The notes under the pieces were generated by a model. The model had not been told where the DNA came from. It saw only the letters and a list, made by a program, of their open reading frames with translations, and did no database searches. Positions 46,572-56,408 of a stretch of 64,000 nucleotides of DNA are shown here, one piece after another. A program made the position numbers and the translations under genes. The stretch is from Bacilli bacterium (GTDB taxonomy: Bacteria > Bacillota_I > Bacilli_A > ML615J-28 > CAG-698). The DNA lies in the NCBI GenBank assembly GCA_050953065.1, contig JBMNLZ010000003.1, positions 480,001-544,000 of the forward strand, read 5' to 3'. Positions within the stretch are counted from its first letter, which is position 1. Each line of letters opens with the position of its first letter.

Positions 46572-47801
46572 TTAATTAATTTTTAAAAATTCTATTTCAG
46601 TTATAAATTTCTTTTCTTTTTCATCATAATTATTTGTATAATTACAGCCTGAACTTAATAATATTTGGTTTGCTAAAAACAAACCTAGTCCGCTACCTTC
46701 TTTATAGTTTTCAGCTTGAAATCCTTTTTCCGTTAATCGTGAGCAAGACTCTTGTGAAATATAATCGGACTCATTTATAAAAATAATTGTTAGCTTATTG
46801 GCTAGTCTATCTTTTTTTAATTCAATTTCAATTTGTCCTCCTTTTGGTGAATATTTAATTGTATTTTCAATTAAAATAAAAAAAGCTAAAAATATATCAT
46901 CATGTGCATATACAGAGTATTCTTCGTTTGCTGATTTAATTTTAATTGTTTGTTGCTTTTTCTTAGCGCTATAAATAAAAAGTTTTTCAAGTTTTTTAAG
47001 ATTGCGGTGTAAATTTAAATACTTTAATTCTTTTTCATCATCTATCTCGAAATTCAACAATCTTTTCTGGTAGCGAAGCCTAAAATCGAAAATTTTGTGC
47101 ACTTCAAATAAATCATTTATTCCGTTCGATTTATCTTTTAATGTTTTTTTAATTTTATTGTATCTAAAATCTATATCCAAAACTATTTTTTCAATGAAAT
47201 CAAAAATGTCATCATATAATTTATTTCTGTTTTTTAATTTTTCTATTCTTTCATCAATGTTATCAGTACTTAAGATTATATTTTCCTTCTTAGAATTATG
47301 ATTATCTTTAATTTTTTCATAAATACTATTATATTGGCCAATAATATATTCAACATTTTCATCTTTTCTATCTTTAGGACTGATTGTTTCTATTAAATCT
47401 CTAATATTTGTATTCCAATTTTTTAAATCATGAAATCCATTACTCTTAATATTAAAAGCCTCCTCAAATCTAGCAAACTTTTCAATTTTATCTTTAATAG
47501 AAATATCATAAATTTTAAGATTTTTATACTCTTTATCATTGTTGTATTTATATCTTTTTTTAATTTTACCAATTTCAGAGCAGAACTCAATTAATAAAGA
47601 TGTAAATATATAATCTCGTCTAAAAAAACACGTATATCCATAGGGACAATTCTTAAACCCTTCATAATTAATTAAAATCATTTTTTTGTAAAATTTTAAA
47701 CATTTACTATTATTTTTAAAATAATTTTTTTTACAAAAATTCTCTTTGTTCAAATCTACCTTTTCTATTTTATAATTGCCTATCTGAAGTTTATTAAACA
47801 T
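46572..47801 (-). CDS. Soluble histidine kinase-like protein (HATPase_c)
   Basis: H-box-like FHDLKN, N-box LIENTIKYS and G2 GSGLGL. No TM segments. Confidence 0.75.
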   Translation of the reverse strand: MFNKLQIGNYKIEKVDLNKENFCKKNYFKNNSKCLKFYKKMILINYEGFKNCPYGYTCFFRRDYIFTSLLIEFCSEIGKIKKRYKYNNDKEYKNLKIYDISIKDKIEKFARFEEAFNIKSNGFHDLKNWNTNIRDLIETISPKDRKDENVEYIIGQYNSIYEKIKDNHNSKKENIILSTDNIDERIEKLKNRNKLYDDIFDFIEKIVLDIDFRYNKIKKTLKDKSNGINDLFEVHKIFDFRLRYQKRLLNFEIDDEKELKYLNLHRNLKKLEKLFIYSAKKKQQTIKIKSANEEYSVYAHDDIFLAFFILIENTIKYSPKGGQIEIELKKDRLANKLTIIFINESDYISQESCSRLTEKGFQAENYKEGSGLGLFLANQILLSSGCNYTNNYDEKEKKFITEIEFLKIN

Positions 47802-47802
47802 T

Positions 47803-48501
47803 TTAAATTACCCTCATGTTTATATATATTTTTAAAATTTCAGAAAGCATTTTTACGGCAATATTTACAATTTCAACATTTCTATCTTCAAATATTTTTT
47901 CATATTCGCTCATATAATTTTTCTTATCAATTAATGACCTTACATAAAGATGCTCCATATATGCTATATATTTGTTTGTTGCCCCCTTTTTCTTCATCTT
48001 GGATTCAATCACATCCCACATTTTAACCGGATTCCAAAAAGTTTCACAATATTTATCTAATTCTGAAACTAACTTGGGTGTCGACTCTCCCTTTTCAATA
48101 AAGCCATCTAATATTGTAGCACTATTAGAATAGTTTTCATCAAAATCCGAAGGGTTTTGTCCTGAATATAATATTACTTTTTTTTCTGGATACATTTTCT
48201 TTATATTTTCAGCAACTGCAATCCCTTGGCACTTTCGATCAAATTTCTGCCCAACCCCCTTTATATCACATAAAATGACATTATAATCTTTTATATCATC
48301 CACTTTATAAAACTCATGCATAACAAATGTATTTTTATAACCTAAATTATTTAAAGCATTTTCATCGATTCCGTCATTGTCAATCACACATAACTTTACA
48401 ATTTCTCTTTTAGGATTTTCATAATTTATGCTTGTGTTACTACTCCAATCTCTAATCGTTTTCATTTTTTTAATTCTATTTAATAGCCTTTTATTATTCA
48501 T
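47803..48501 (-). CDS. Response-regulator receiver-domain protein without an evident DNA-binding output
   Basis: LCVIDND, VILCDIKGVG (phospho-Asp), VILYSG and FIEKG motifs. Confidence 0.75.
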   Translation of the reverse strand: MNNKRLLNRIKKMKTIRDWSSNTSINYENPKREIVKLCVIDNDGIDENALNNLGYKNTFVMHEFYKVDDIKDYNVILCDIKGVGQKFDRKCQGIAVAENIKKMYPEKKVILYSGQNPSDFDENYSNSATILDGFIEKGESTPKLVSELDKYCETFWNPVKMWDVIESKMKKKGATNKYIAYMEHLYVRSLIDKKNYMSEYEKIFEDRNVEIVNIAVKMLSEILKIYINMRVI

Positions 48502-48530
48502 AATCTATCCCTTTCCTCTTTCTTTTTTTC

Positions 48531-49538
48531 TTATTTAACTTTATCAATAACTTTTACTAAATACTCTCCAAATATCTCAATATTTTCTTTTCTAAATCCG
48601 AAAATTTTGTCTAAATCTTCTTTTGTTTTAGGTTTCATTTTTGCAAGATATTCAGCAACTTTATCACTGTATACTTCATCTTCTGTTAATTTATTATATT
48701 TAGCAATTTTAGGACGTTCTTCTAAAAGTTTGTTATATATCTCTTCGGTTTTATTGCTTTCTTTAGAGTTTTTAAAATGACTAAAAAATTCAATGATTTC
48801 CTTTCCAAAAGTTTCTATTTTATTTGGTCCAAATCCTTTAACTTTGCTTAATTCTTCTAATGTCTTAGGATTAGCTTTAATTAATCGGTTCATTTCTTCG
48901 TTATTAAAAACCATATATACAGGAAATAAATTGTATTTTTTTGATATATTAAGTCTTAAATCTTTTAAGTCAGCTTCAATTTGGGTTTCAACTTTCTCAT
49001 CAACATTCTTTTTTTTCTGGTTTTTTTCTTCAATTGGTAAAAATTCGATTTTTGAAAATCCTTTTTCTCTAATTTCTTTTTGATAAAAATCCTTTACATC
49101 TTCAATCATCTTTTTAACATCTTCTGCTCTTAAGATTTTTATTTGCATATCTTCTGCAATTTCTTTTGCATCACTCGTTAAATCAGATGTAGTTATTAGC
49201 CAAAGATGGCTTAAATCATGTCTTTTTTTAGCACTTGCCAATTGATTTATCGGAGAAGTGCCTACTCTATTTTTCCAATATTTAGCTTGAATTCCTATAC
49301 GAAAAATGCTTCCATCTTTTTGATGTGCTGTAACAATTAAGTCAACCCCTCCATCGCCTTTTCCTTTTTCACTATTTTTTTTAACTTCATAACCTGCAAT
49401 ATCTCTAAAATAATAATACAAGAACCATTCAAACTTTTCATAATCATAATACTTGTCATCCATTAATTGATTAAATGAATTTGGAAATTTATAATCAATC
49501 ATTGTTTTTTTATTTAGTATTTCATTTATTAAATTCAT
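48531..49538 (-). CDS. Mrr-family restriction endonuclease domain plus two HRDC domains
   Basis: FEWFL, GDGGVDLI..IQAKYW and LITTS motifs. HRDC motifs PVYMVFNNEEM..PKTLEELSKVKGFGPNK and KPKTKEDLDKIFGF. Confidence 0.85.
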   Translation of the reverse strand: MNLINEILNKKTMIDYKFPNSFNQLMDDKYYDYEKFEWFLYYYFRDIAGYEVKKNSEKGKGDGGVDLIVTAHQKDGSIFRIGIQAKYWKNRVGTSPINQLASAKKRHDLSHLWLITTSDLTSDAKEIAEDMQIKILRAEDVKKMIEDVKDFYQKEIREKGFSKIEFLPIEEKNQKKKNVDEKVETQIEADLKDLRLNISKKYNLFPVYMVFNNEEMNRLIKANPKTLEELSKVKGFGPNKIETFGKEIIEFFSHFKNSKESNKTEEIYNKLLEERPKIAKYNKLTEDEVYSDKVAEYLAKMKPKTKEDLDKIFGFRKENIEIFGEYLVKVIDKVK

Positions 49539-49854
49539 ATATCCTCCTTTTAATTAAATACTTATATTTTTTTATTTTCAAAAAACTAAATGAAAAAGAA
49601 AATCTTTTATACTTGGAAAGATTTTTTATTTTATTTAAAATCTAATTTCCTAATAGTTTGAAATAAATTTATTCACAATAATACTTCTTAATATATTATC
49701 TACTTCTAATTATAACATTAGTTTATAAATTATTAAATGTTTTTTTAATAAACTAATGTTTATTAATCTCAATATATTATACGCAAACAATTATTAATCA
49801 TTTACTGATATTTTAAGTTAAATAATTGAACTGCAACTTTTTAATGCACCTTAA

Positions 49855-49883
49855 TTGACAACCATAAATTTATCTAATATAAT
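49855..49883 (+). promoter_or_regulatory. Sigma-A promoter of cdr
   Basis: TTGACA followed about 17 bp later by TATAAT, then a GGAGG RBS. Confidence 0.7.
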
Positions 49884-49911
49884 CTAATTAATATGCAACT
49901 GGAGGATAAAT

Positions 49912-51612
49912 ATGAAAAAGAAAATCTTAATTATTGGTGGTGTTGCAGGTGGCGCTAATGCTGCAACTCGCCTAAGACGCAACGATGAATTTGCTGAAAT
50001 AATTCTTTTTGAAAGAGGAGAATATATTTCATTTGCTAATTGTGGCCTACCTTATTACATCGGCGGAGTAATTGAAAATAGAAGTTCACTAATCGTTCAA
50101 TCAAAAGAAGATATTGAAGCAAAATTTAATATTGATGTTAGAATCTTTAGCGAAGTAATTTCAATTAATAAAGATAAAAAAACTATAACTGTTAATAATT
50201 TAAAAGAAAATAAAATATATGAAGAAAGTTATGATAATTTAATCATCTCAACTGGAGCAATGCCTATTAAACCTAATATTGAAGGAGCTAGTGATGCTTT
50301 AAATATCTTTACAATCCGTAATATTCCAGATACTGATAATATTAAAAATTTTATTAATAACAATAAACCTAAAACTGCTGTAGTAGTTGGGGGTGGATTT
50401 ATTGGACTAGAAATGGTTGAAAACCTACAACATTTAGGAATTAAAGTAACCTTAGTAGAAATGGCTCCTCAAGTAATGACTCCAATTGATTTTGAACTTG
50501 CTCAGATAATTCATCTTCATCTAAAGGATAAGGGAGTTAATTTAATTTTAAATAATGGTGTTAAAGCATTTAAAGATAAGGGTAAAAAAATAATTCTATC
50601 TGATGGAAAAGAAATCTCTACTGATATGGTGATTCTAGCAATTGGAGTTAGACCTGAAAATATTCTAGCAAAGAATGCTCTTCTTACCTTAGGAGAAAGA
50701 GGCGGTATTTTAGTAAATGAATTTCTTCAAACATCAGACCCAGCAATTTATGCTGTAGGAGACGTTATAGAAACAAACGATTTTCTAACAAAAAAACTCT
50801 CTAATATTCCTCTAGCAGGTCCTGCTAATAAACAAGGAAGAATAGCAGCTGATAATATCTATGGTAAAGGCGAAAAATATATTGGAGCACTTGGTACTTC
50901 AGTTGCTAAAGTCTTTGATTTAACTGTAGCATCAACTGGTTATAACGAAAAAATTCTAAAAGCATTAAACCTGAAATATAACGCAATCCATGCTCATCCT
51001 TTATCTAATGCAGGATATTATCCAGGTGGGGCATCAATTTCGATTAAACTTCTTTATAACCCTGAAACAGAAGAAATCTATGGTGCTCAAGCAGTTGGAA
51101 TAAAAGGCGTTGATAAAAGAATTGATGTTTTAGCTACCGCCATTTATTCTAAACTTAAAGCAAGCGAACTTAGAAACCTAGAGCTTTCTTATGCTCCTCC
51201 TTTTTCCTCTGCTAAAGATCCTGTTAATATGTTAGGTTATGTTGCAGAAAACATTAAAAGAGGATTAGTTAAAACATTCCAGTGGTATGAGGTTAAAGAT
51301 TTAATCAAAGAAAAAGCATTCTTATTAGACATAAGAGAACAGTTTGAAAGAGATTTAGGTACTATACCTGCATCTCTTCATATTCCATTTAGTAAAGTTA
51401 GATCATCTTTAGATCTTCTTCCTAAAGATAAGCCAATTTATCTATTCTGCCAATCAGGCGTTAGAGCCAACTCCGTAACACGTCTTTTAAACCAAAGAGG
51501 TTTTGATGTTTATAACCTATCAGGAGGTTATAGAACATATAGTTTTGTCTGTGATACAAAGAATATTTCAACTGAAGAAATTGATGATTCAGGTGTTTTA
51601 ATAAAGAAATAA
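49912..51612 (+). CDS. cdr: CoA-disulfide reductase with C-terminal rhodanese domain
   Basis: GGVAGG, SFANCGLPY, GGGFIGLE, YAPPFS and rhodanese FCQSGVR motifs. Confidence 0.93.
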   Translation: MKKKILIIGGVAGGANAATRLRRNDEFAEIILFERGEYISFANCGLPYYIGGVIENRSSLIVQSKEDIEAKFNIDVRIFSEVISINKDKKTITVNNLKENKIYEESYDNLIISTGAMPIKPNIEGASDALNIFTIRNIPDTDNIKNFINNNKPKTAVVVGGGFIGLEMVENLQHLGIKVTLVEMAPQVMTPIDFELAQIIHLHLKDKGVNLILNNGVKAFKDKGKKIILSDGKEISTDMVILAIGVRPENILAKNALLTLGERGGILVNEFLQTSDPAIYAVGDVIETNDFLTKKLSNIPLAGPANKQGRIAADNIYGKGEKYIGALGTSVAKVFDLTVASTGYNEKILKALNLKYNAIHAHPLSNAGYYPGGASISIKLLYNPETEEIYGAQAVGIKGVDKRIDVLATAIYSKLKASELRNLELSYAPPFSSAKDPVNMLGYVAENIKRGLVKTFQWYEVKDLIKEKAFLLDIREQFERDLGTIPASLHIPFSKVRSSLDLLPKDKPIYLFCQSGVRANSVTRLLNQRGFDVYNLSGGYRTYSFVCDTKNISTEEIDDSGVLIKK

Positions 51613-51747
51613 CAAATGATTTTAACACCAAAATCCAATCATTATAATTAGTGTATCAATAATAAGAGTCAGTATTGAGACTCTATGATTAAAAAATTAG
51701 ATCATAAAGATAAATAAGACTGCTATTTAAAAAACGCAGTCTTATTT

Positions 51748-51960
51748 TTATTCATCAAACTTTCTTCTTTTTAAAAAATATCCTTTCTTTTCTTCTTTTG
51801 CTTCTTCTGTTAACTCTTCTTTTTTAGAATAACTAAGTACAACAAAGAAAAACAAAACCCAAATAGGAAAACAAACAAAAACAAAGATATAAATATTCCA
51901 ATTTAAAACCCTAAATAAAACAAATCCTAATATTAGAATTAAAACCATTATTAATTTCAC
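51748..51960 (-). CDS. Small 2-TM hypothetical protein
   Basis: GTG start after an AGGGG RBS, two hydrophobic helices and a basic tail. Confidence 0.55.
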   Translation of the reverse strand: MKLIMVLILILGFVLFRVLNWNIYIFVFVCFPIWVLFFFVVLSYSKKEELTEEAKEEKKGYFLKRRKFDE

Positions 51961-52232
51961 ATTTTTCCCCTATTTTTCAAGTAAATTATCTCAAATTATA
52001 AACTAAACCAATAAACTTATAAACCGCCCCTTAAAACACCGTTTAAGGCCTTAAATTCCCTCTAAAATCGTTTTTAATTTCTAATTCCAATAAATACCTT
52101 AATTAAAATTTAAACCAACTAAACTAAAATTTAAACTTCACGTAAATCTATGCTTTTTGTTTTACCTCATCTATTTTATACAAGTATTATACTATAAAAG
52201 ATAAAAAATAAAAAGATAAAAAATGAAGAGGA

Positions 52233-53336
52233 TTAATCATCCTCTTCATCATCTTCTTCGTCGTCTTCTTCATCTTCTTCATCGTCTTCATCTTCATCTT
52301 CAACAACTCTATCTTTTTCAAATTCAAATTCAAAATCCCCTGAATGTATTTCATAACTATAAACATTTTTTTGTAATGTTTCATCATAAACTACACTTAT
52401 TAGAATATAACCTTCTTCATCTATTTCATTTTCTATTTCATAATCAACATGAATTTGATTAGCATTAATTTCTTTATAGATTAAAAAGTTTATTTCTTTT
52501 TCTTCAGTTTCATAGATAAGTTCAATTATAAGTTCTTTAGAAGATAATTCAATTTTAATTTCACTTTCAAAGATTTCTTCATCATTTTCATAAATACTGT
52601 AATTAAATTTCTCTTTAGTATTTTCTTTTTTATATTCTACTTCGATGTAATTATCAATATTTTCTATTTGAAAAGCTTTTAAACTCAACTCTTCTTCTTT
52701 ATTAACTTTAATTAATTTTCCTTCAAAACTATATTCCTCATTTAAAAACTCCATAATGCCTTTAAATATGGTTTCATTCTTTGTTTTAGTTTCGTTATAG
52801 TAAAGAATATAATCAACAACTGTTCCATCTAATAATTTAGAAGTAAATTTAACTTCTCTTTTAAAAGTATCTTTAGTAGAAGTTTTTATTTCAAATAAGG
52901 ATTCATCATTATTATTAACTAATGGTTCTAAAAAATTTAAGTATTGATTTAGAATATCTATTTGATTGTTTACTAATAATGGATTTTCTCCTTCATTACT
53001 CATAGCACTAGCACTAACTTGATTGTGTTGATATAAAAGCATTACAGAAGAAAAACAAGATACACTATAAATTTCTTCTTTAGTTTCAAACGATAAACTT
53101 CTTGTTTGAATGTAAGGAGCAGTATTTAGGTTTGTTAAAAAGATTGTTAGAATAATGATAAATCCAAAAGCAGCTGATAAGATAAATGCAAAACTATTTG
53201 TTTTAAATCTACTCTTTTTTACCTCTAACTCTTTTTCTTCAATTTCTATATTTTTAAAATCAATTTTAGAAATTACATCTGGAGTTAAAAGATAAATATC
53301 ATCTTTAATTTTCTTTTTTAAATCTTTAGTCTTCAT
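52233..53336 (-). CDS. Probable anti-sigma membrane protein with acidic tail
   Basis: Overlaps the ECF sigma stop. Short cytoplasmic N-terminus, a single TM helix, and an extracellular domain similar to 53906-54844. Confidence 0.65.
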   Translation of the reverse strand: MKTKDLKKKIKDDIYLLTPDVISKIDFKNIEIEEKELEVKKSRFKTNSFAFILSAAFGFIIILTIFLTNLNTAPYIQTRSLSFETKEEIYSVSCFSSVMLLYQHNQVSASAMSNEGENPLLVNNQIDILNQYLNFLEPLVNNNDESLFEIKTSTKDTFKREVKFTSKLLDGTVVDYILYYNETKTKNETIFKGIMEFLNEEYSFEGKLIKVNKEEELSLKAFQIENIDNYIEVEYKKENTKEKFNYSIYENDEEIFESEIKIELSSKELIIELIYETEEKEINFLIYKEINANQIHVDYEIENEIDEEGYILISVVYDETLQKNVYSYEIHSGDFEFEFEKDRVVEDEDEDDEEDEEDDEEDDEEDD

Positions 53337-53838
53337 CTTTTACCTCCTTTTTCATTTTCTTAATTGCTTTATTATAGATCCAAAGGATTGTTCCAAGTGG
53401 TTTATCTAAAACTAAAGCAATATCTTTATGTTTTAAATCTTGAACGATTTTTAATAAAACAACTTGTTTTTCTAAATCATCTAAAACACTTAAATATTTA
53501 TTCATATCAAGCACAGACTTTTCTTCTTTTATTTCTTCTTGATGTAAGTCTATAATGTCAGATTCTAATAATACTTCTTTTTTTCGTTTTAAATAATCTA
53601 TGCAATAATTTTTAGTTAGAGTTAAAAGCCAATTAATAAATTTATATTTTGGATTATAATAGTTAATCTTTTCAACCATCCTCATATAAACTTCTTGCAT
53701 AATATCTTCTGCCAAAAAGCGATCTTTTATGATTGATGTAATCATAGAATAGACTACATATCTAGTATCATAATAAATCGCTTCAAAGGCCTGTTCATCT
53801 TTTTGTTTAATTGCTTCAACATATTTTTTGTAATCCAT
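53326..53838 (-). CDS. ECF sigma-70 family RNA polymerase sigma factor
   Basis: AEDIMQEVY, FINWLLTLTKNYCIDY and HKDIALVLDKPLGT motifs. Confidence 0.92.
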   Translation of the reverse strand: MDYKKYVEAIKQKDEQAFEAIYYDTRYVVYSMITSIIKDRFLAEDIMQEVYMRMVEKINYYNPKYKFINWLLTLTKNYCIDYLKRKKEVLLESDIIDLHQEEIKEEKSVLDMNKYLSVLDDLEKQVVLLKIVQDLKHKDIALVLDKPLGTILWIYNKAIKKMKKEVKDED

Positions 53839-53905
53839 ATCATATCTCCTTGCTTAACAAGGATTATATCACATTTGAAACAATAATTAAAATATTATAT
53901 TATTT

Positions 53906-54844
53906 TTATACGTCTTCTTCTTCATCATCCTCATCATCATCGTCATCATCATAGTTGCTTTCAAATTCATCTTCAAATTCACCATCATTATCATCATCTA
54001 CTTCATAAGTAATTGTGCTCTTACCTGTTACATCATTAACTGCAACAGTTAATTTAGCTTTACCTTTACTTACAGCTACGCCATTTTCTTTAACTTCATA
54101 TTCAACTTCAATTTCATTATCTTCTTGTTCGAATTTATATTTTCTTGATGAGTTTCCTTCAATTGTTTCTAGAGAAATTTCAGTTTCATTGTCTTCTTGT
54201 TCAAAACTAATTTTTAAAGATTTAACTAAATTACCATTTTGATAAATTTCATATGTGAATTCTTTTTCAACTTCATCTAATTCTTCTTCGAATTCATATT
54301 CTAACAAACAATAGTTATCACTGTCTATATATGCTTTAATTTCTACTTGAGTTTCAGTTTCATCTTCTTCTATTTCAACTTCTTTTTTTCCTTCAAATAA
54401 ATATTCAACTTCTCCTACTACCATAAGACCAGTAATAGTAGTTTCTTCATCATCTTGTTTTTCTTCATTAAAATAGAATTTATAAAGCATTACAGTTCCA
54501 TCAATATCTTTAAATGAAATTTCAATTAATGAAGCATATAATTCATTATCAGATTCAGTTTCTTTTACTTTAAAACCATTATCTAGTTTAAGACTTTCAA
54601 TGATTGCAAGATAAGGCTCAATTTCAGTAATTACAGGTTTTTCTTCTGTAGGAGTTAACTCGCTAGTAGCCAATCTAACCGGAGTTGGACTAACAGCACT
54701 TAAAGATCTAACAGTACTTACAGCTGAAAATCCCAACAAATCATTTTCTGATTTAAAAGCGCTAGCTCTAGTTTTACTAAAACTACAAGCCGCCAATAAA
54801 ACAACAACTAATACAACACTTACTAAACTTAAAAATTTTTTCAT
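53906..54844 (-). CDS. Acidic lipoprotein, paralog of the putative anti-sigma extracellular domain
   Basis: LAAC lipobox, YKFYFNE motif shared with YILYYNE, and a poly-D/E tail. Confidence 0.75.
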   Translation of the reverse strand: MKKFLSLVSVVLVVVLLAACSFSKTRASAFKSENDLLGFSAVSTVRSLSAVSPTPVRLATSELTPTEEKPVITEIEPYLAIIESLKLDNGFKVKETESDNELYASLIEISFKDIDGTVMLYKFYFNEEKQDDEETTITGLMVVGEVEYLFEGKKEVEIEEDETETQVEIKAYIDSDNYCLLEYEFEEELDEVEKEFTYEIYQNGNLVKSLKISFEQEDNETEISLETIEGNSSRKYKFEQEDNEIEVEYEVKENGVAVSKGKAKLTVAVNDVTGKSTITYEVDDDNDGEFEDEFESNYDDDDDDEDDEEEDV

Positions 54845-54952
54845 TTTTTAACCCTCCTTTATTTGGTTTCAATAACTATACGACAAATTTAATATTTTAT
54901 TGGTAAAAAAAATAAAAGTTTTATTAACTTTTATTTTTTTAAATAAATTCAA

Positions 54953-56215
54953 TTAATCTTTTAAGCATCCAATAGGAACTACTAATACACCATCATCTCT
55001 TTTATAAGCATATTTAGTCCCAGTCACAACCATTAAAAAAGAAGGCTCTCTCATTTTATCAATATCTATTTTTTCTTTTAATTTCAATAAATTTAGAGCT
55101 GCTTTATCAATATCAGAAGAGCCTAATTTTATTTCAACAGCTCCCCATTTACCATTATTCAAATGAATAATAGCATCTACTTCTAATTCATTTTTATCAC
55201 GATAATGATACACCTTACCATTGTTAGCTTGAGCATATACTCTTAAATCTCTAATTACTAAAGATTCAAATAAATTACCAAATGTTTTCCAATCATTTTT
55301 TAAATCTTCACTTGTTGCTCCTAAAAAATAGGCTGCAATAGCAGGATCTACAAAATGTCTTGTATCAGAAACTCTAATTGTTGTTTTCGATCTTAAGAAA
55401 GGGCTCCACGCTGGTAAGTCCTCTATAACAAATATCTTTTTAAAAGTTTTTATATAATCAACCAAAGTATTTAGATGCATATTTTCATATTTAGAAGTGA
55501 CATCAGCAAGAATCTTTGTATTAGTAGCTTGTGATGCGGTGTTTCTTGCAAGAGATCTAAGAATTGCATAAGCTTTATTTTCATCCCTTTCTGTCCCATC
55601 AATTAACTTTATCTCAGTTTTTATAATCGATTCAGAATAACCTGCTATTTGTTTTAAAGCGATGCTTTCACTTTTACCTAGAGATTTAGGCCACCCACCT
55701 GTGACAATTGCTACGCTTAAATCATCTATCGATAATTTTGATTCTGAATTTATATCAACCTTTTCATTTCCAAACAAATTTAAAAATGAAATATCACCTG
55801 TTGATTTGCCTTGTTCATAAAGAGTCATTGTACGCATATTCACTCTAGAGATTCTTCCCGTCCCAGAATGAATAATACTATCATCATCCACAGTCACTGA
55901 GCCTGTAAGTATATATAAACCTTCTTGATTACGCTTATCAATATCGTATCTAATTGCTCCCCATAATTTTGGAGCATCTTGCCATTCATCTATAAGCCTA
56001 GGATTTTCTCCTACTAATAATCTAGAAGGCATGATATCAGCAGTTTGTAGATATTGATCTCTCATATCTTCGTCTTGCAAATATATTTTACTTTTTGCTA
56101 ATTGTTCAGCAGATGTTGTTTTTCCACACCATTTAGGACCAACAATCAAAACAGCACCAAAAGCTTCCAATTCTTCTTTAATTGTTTTATCTATTATTCT
56201 TGGAAAATATTTCAT
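54953..56215 (-). CDS. AAA_14 ATPase with DUF4143 domain (paralog of 12605-13861)
   Basis: GPKWCGKTT, IDEWQ, ILTGS, GNLFESL and EVDAII..AVEIKLG motifs. Confidence 0.9.
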   Translation of the reverse strand: MKYFPRIIDKTIKEELEAFGAVLIVGPKWCGKTTSAEQLAKSKIYLQDEDMRDQYLQTADIMPSRLLVGENPRLIDEWQDAPKLWGAIRYDIDKRNQEGLYILTGSVTVDDDSIIHSGTGRISRVNMRTMTLYEQGKSTGDISFLNLFGNEKVDINSESKLSIDDLSVAIVTGGWPKSLGKSESIALKQIAGYSESIIKTEIKLIDGTERDENKAYAILRSLARNTASQATNTKILADVTSKYENMHLNTLVDYIKTFKKIFVIEDLPAWSPFLRSKTTIRVSDTRHFVDPAIAAYFLGATSEDLKNDWKTFGNLFESLVIRDLRVYAQANNGKVYHYRDKNELEVDAIIHLNNGKWGAVEIKLGSSDIDKAALNLLKLKEKIDIDKMREPSFLMVVTGTKYAYKRDDGVLVVPIGCLKD

Positions 56216-56271
56216 TTTTTTCCTCCACTTTTAAACCTATTATATCAAAGTCTTTTAATTTAAGCAATACC

Positions 56272-56340
56272 TATTGTGTGTTTTGTCCATTTTTCATTGT
56301 GCGTTTCGGCTGGTTTTCATTGTGTGTTTCGGCTGAAAAT
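56272..56340. repeat. Imperfect 23-bp tandem repeat x3 (CATTGTGYGTTTCGGCTGGTTTT-like)
   Basis: Units at 56272, 56295 and 56318. Confidence 0.85.
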
Positions 56341-56408
56341 ATTTTAAAATTAACTATAAAAAAAGGATATTAATGAAATCATTAATACCCTTAGATTATT
56401 TTTAAAAA

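Noticed and set aside
52020-52140. Phased A/T-tract intergenic stretch resembling mobile-element end sequences
   Set aside because: No transposase or integrase, terminal inverted repeats or target duplication are visible.
52236-52300. TCA/TCT trinucleotide repeats (also about 53910-53950)
   Set aside because: They simply encode the poly-Asp/Glu C-terminal tails.
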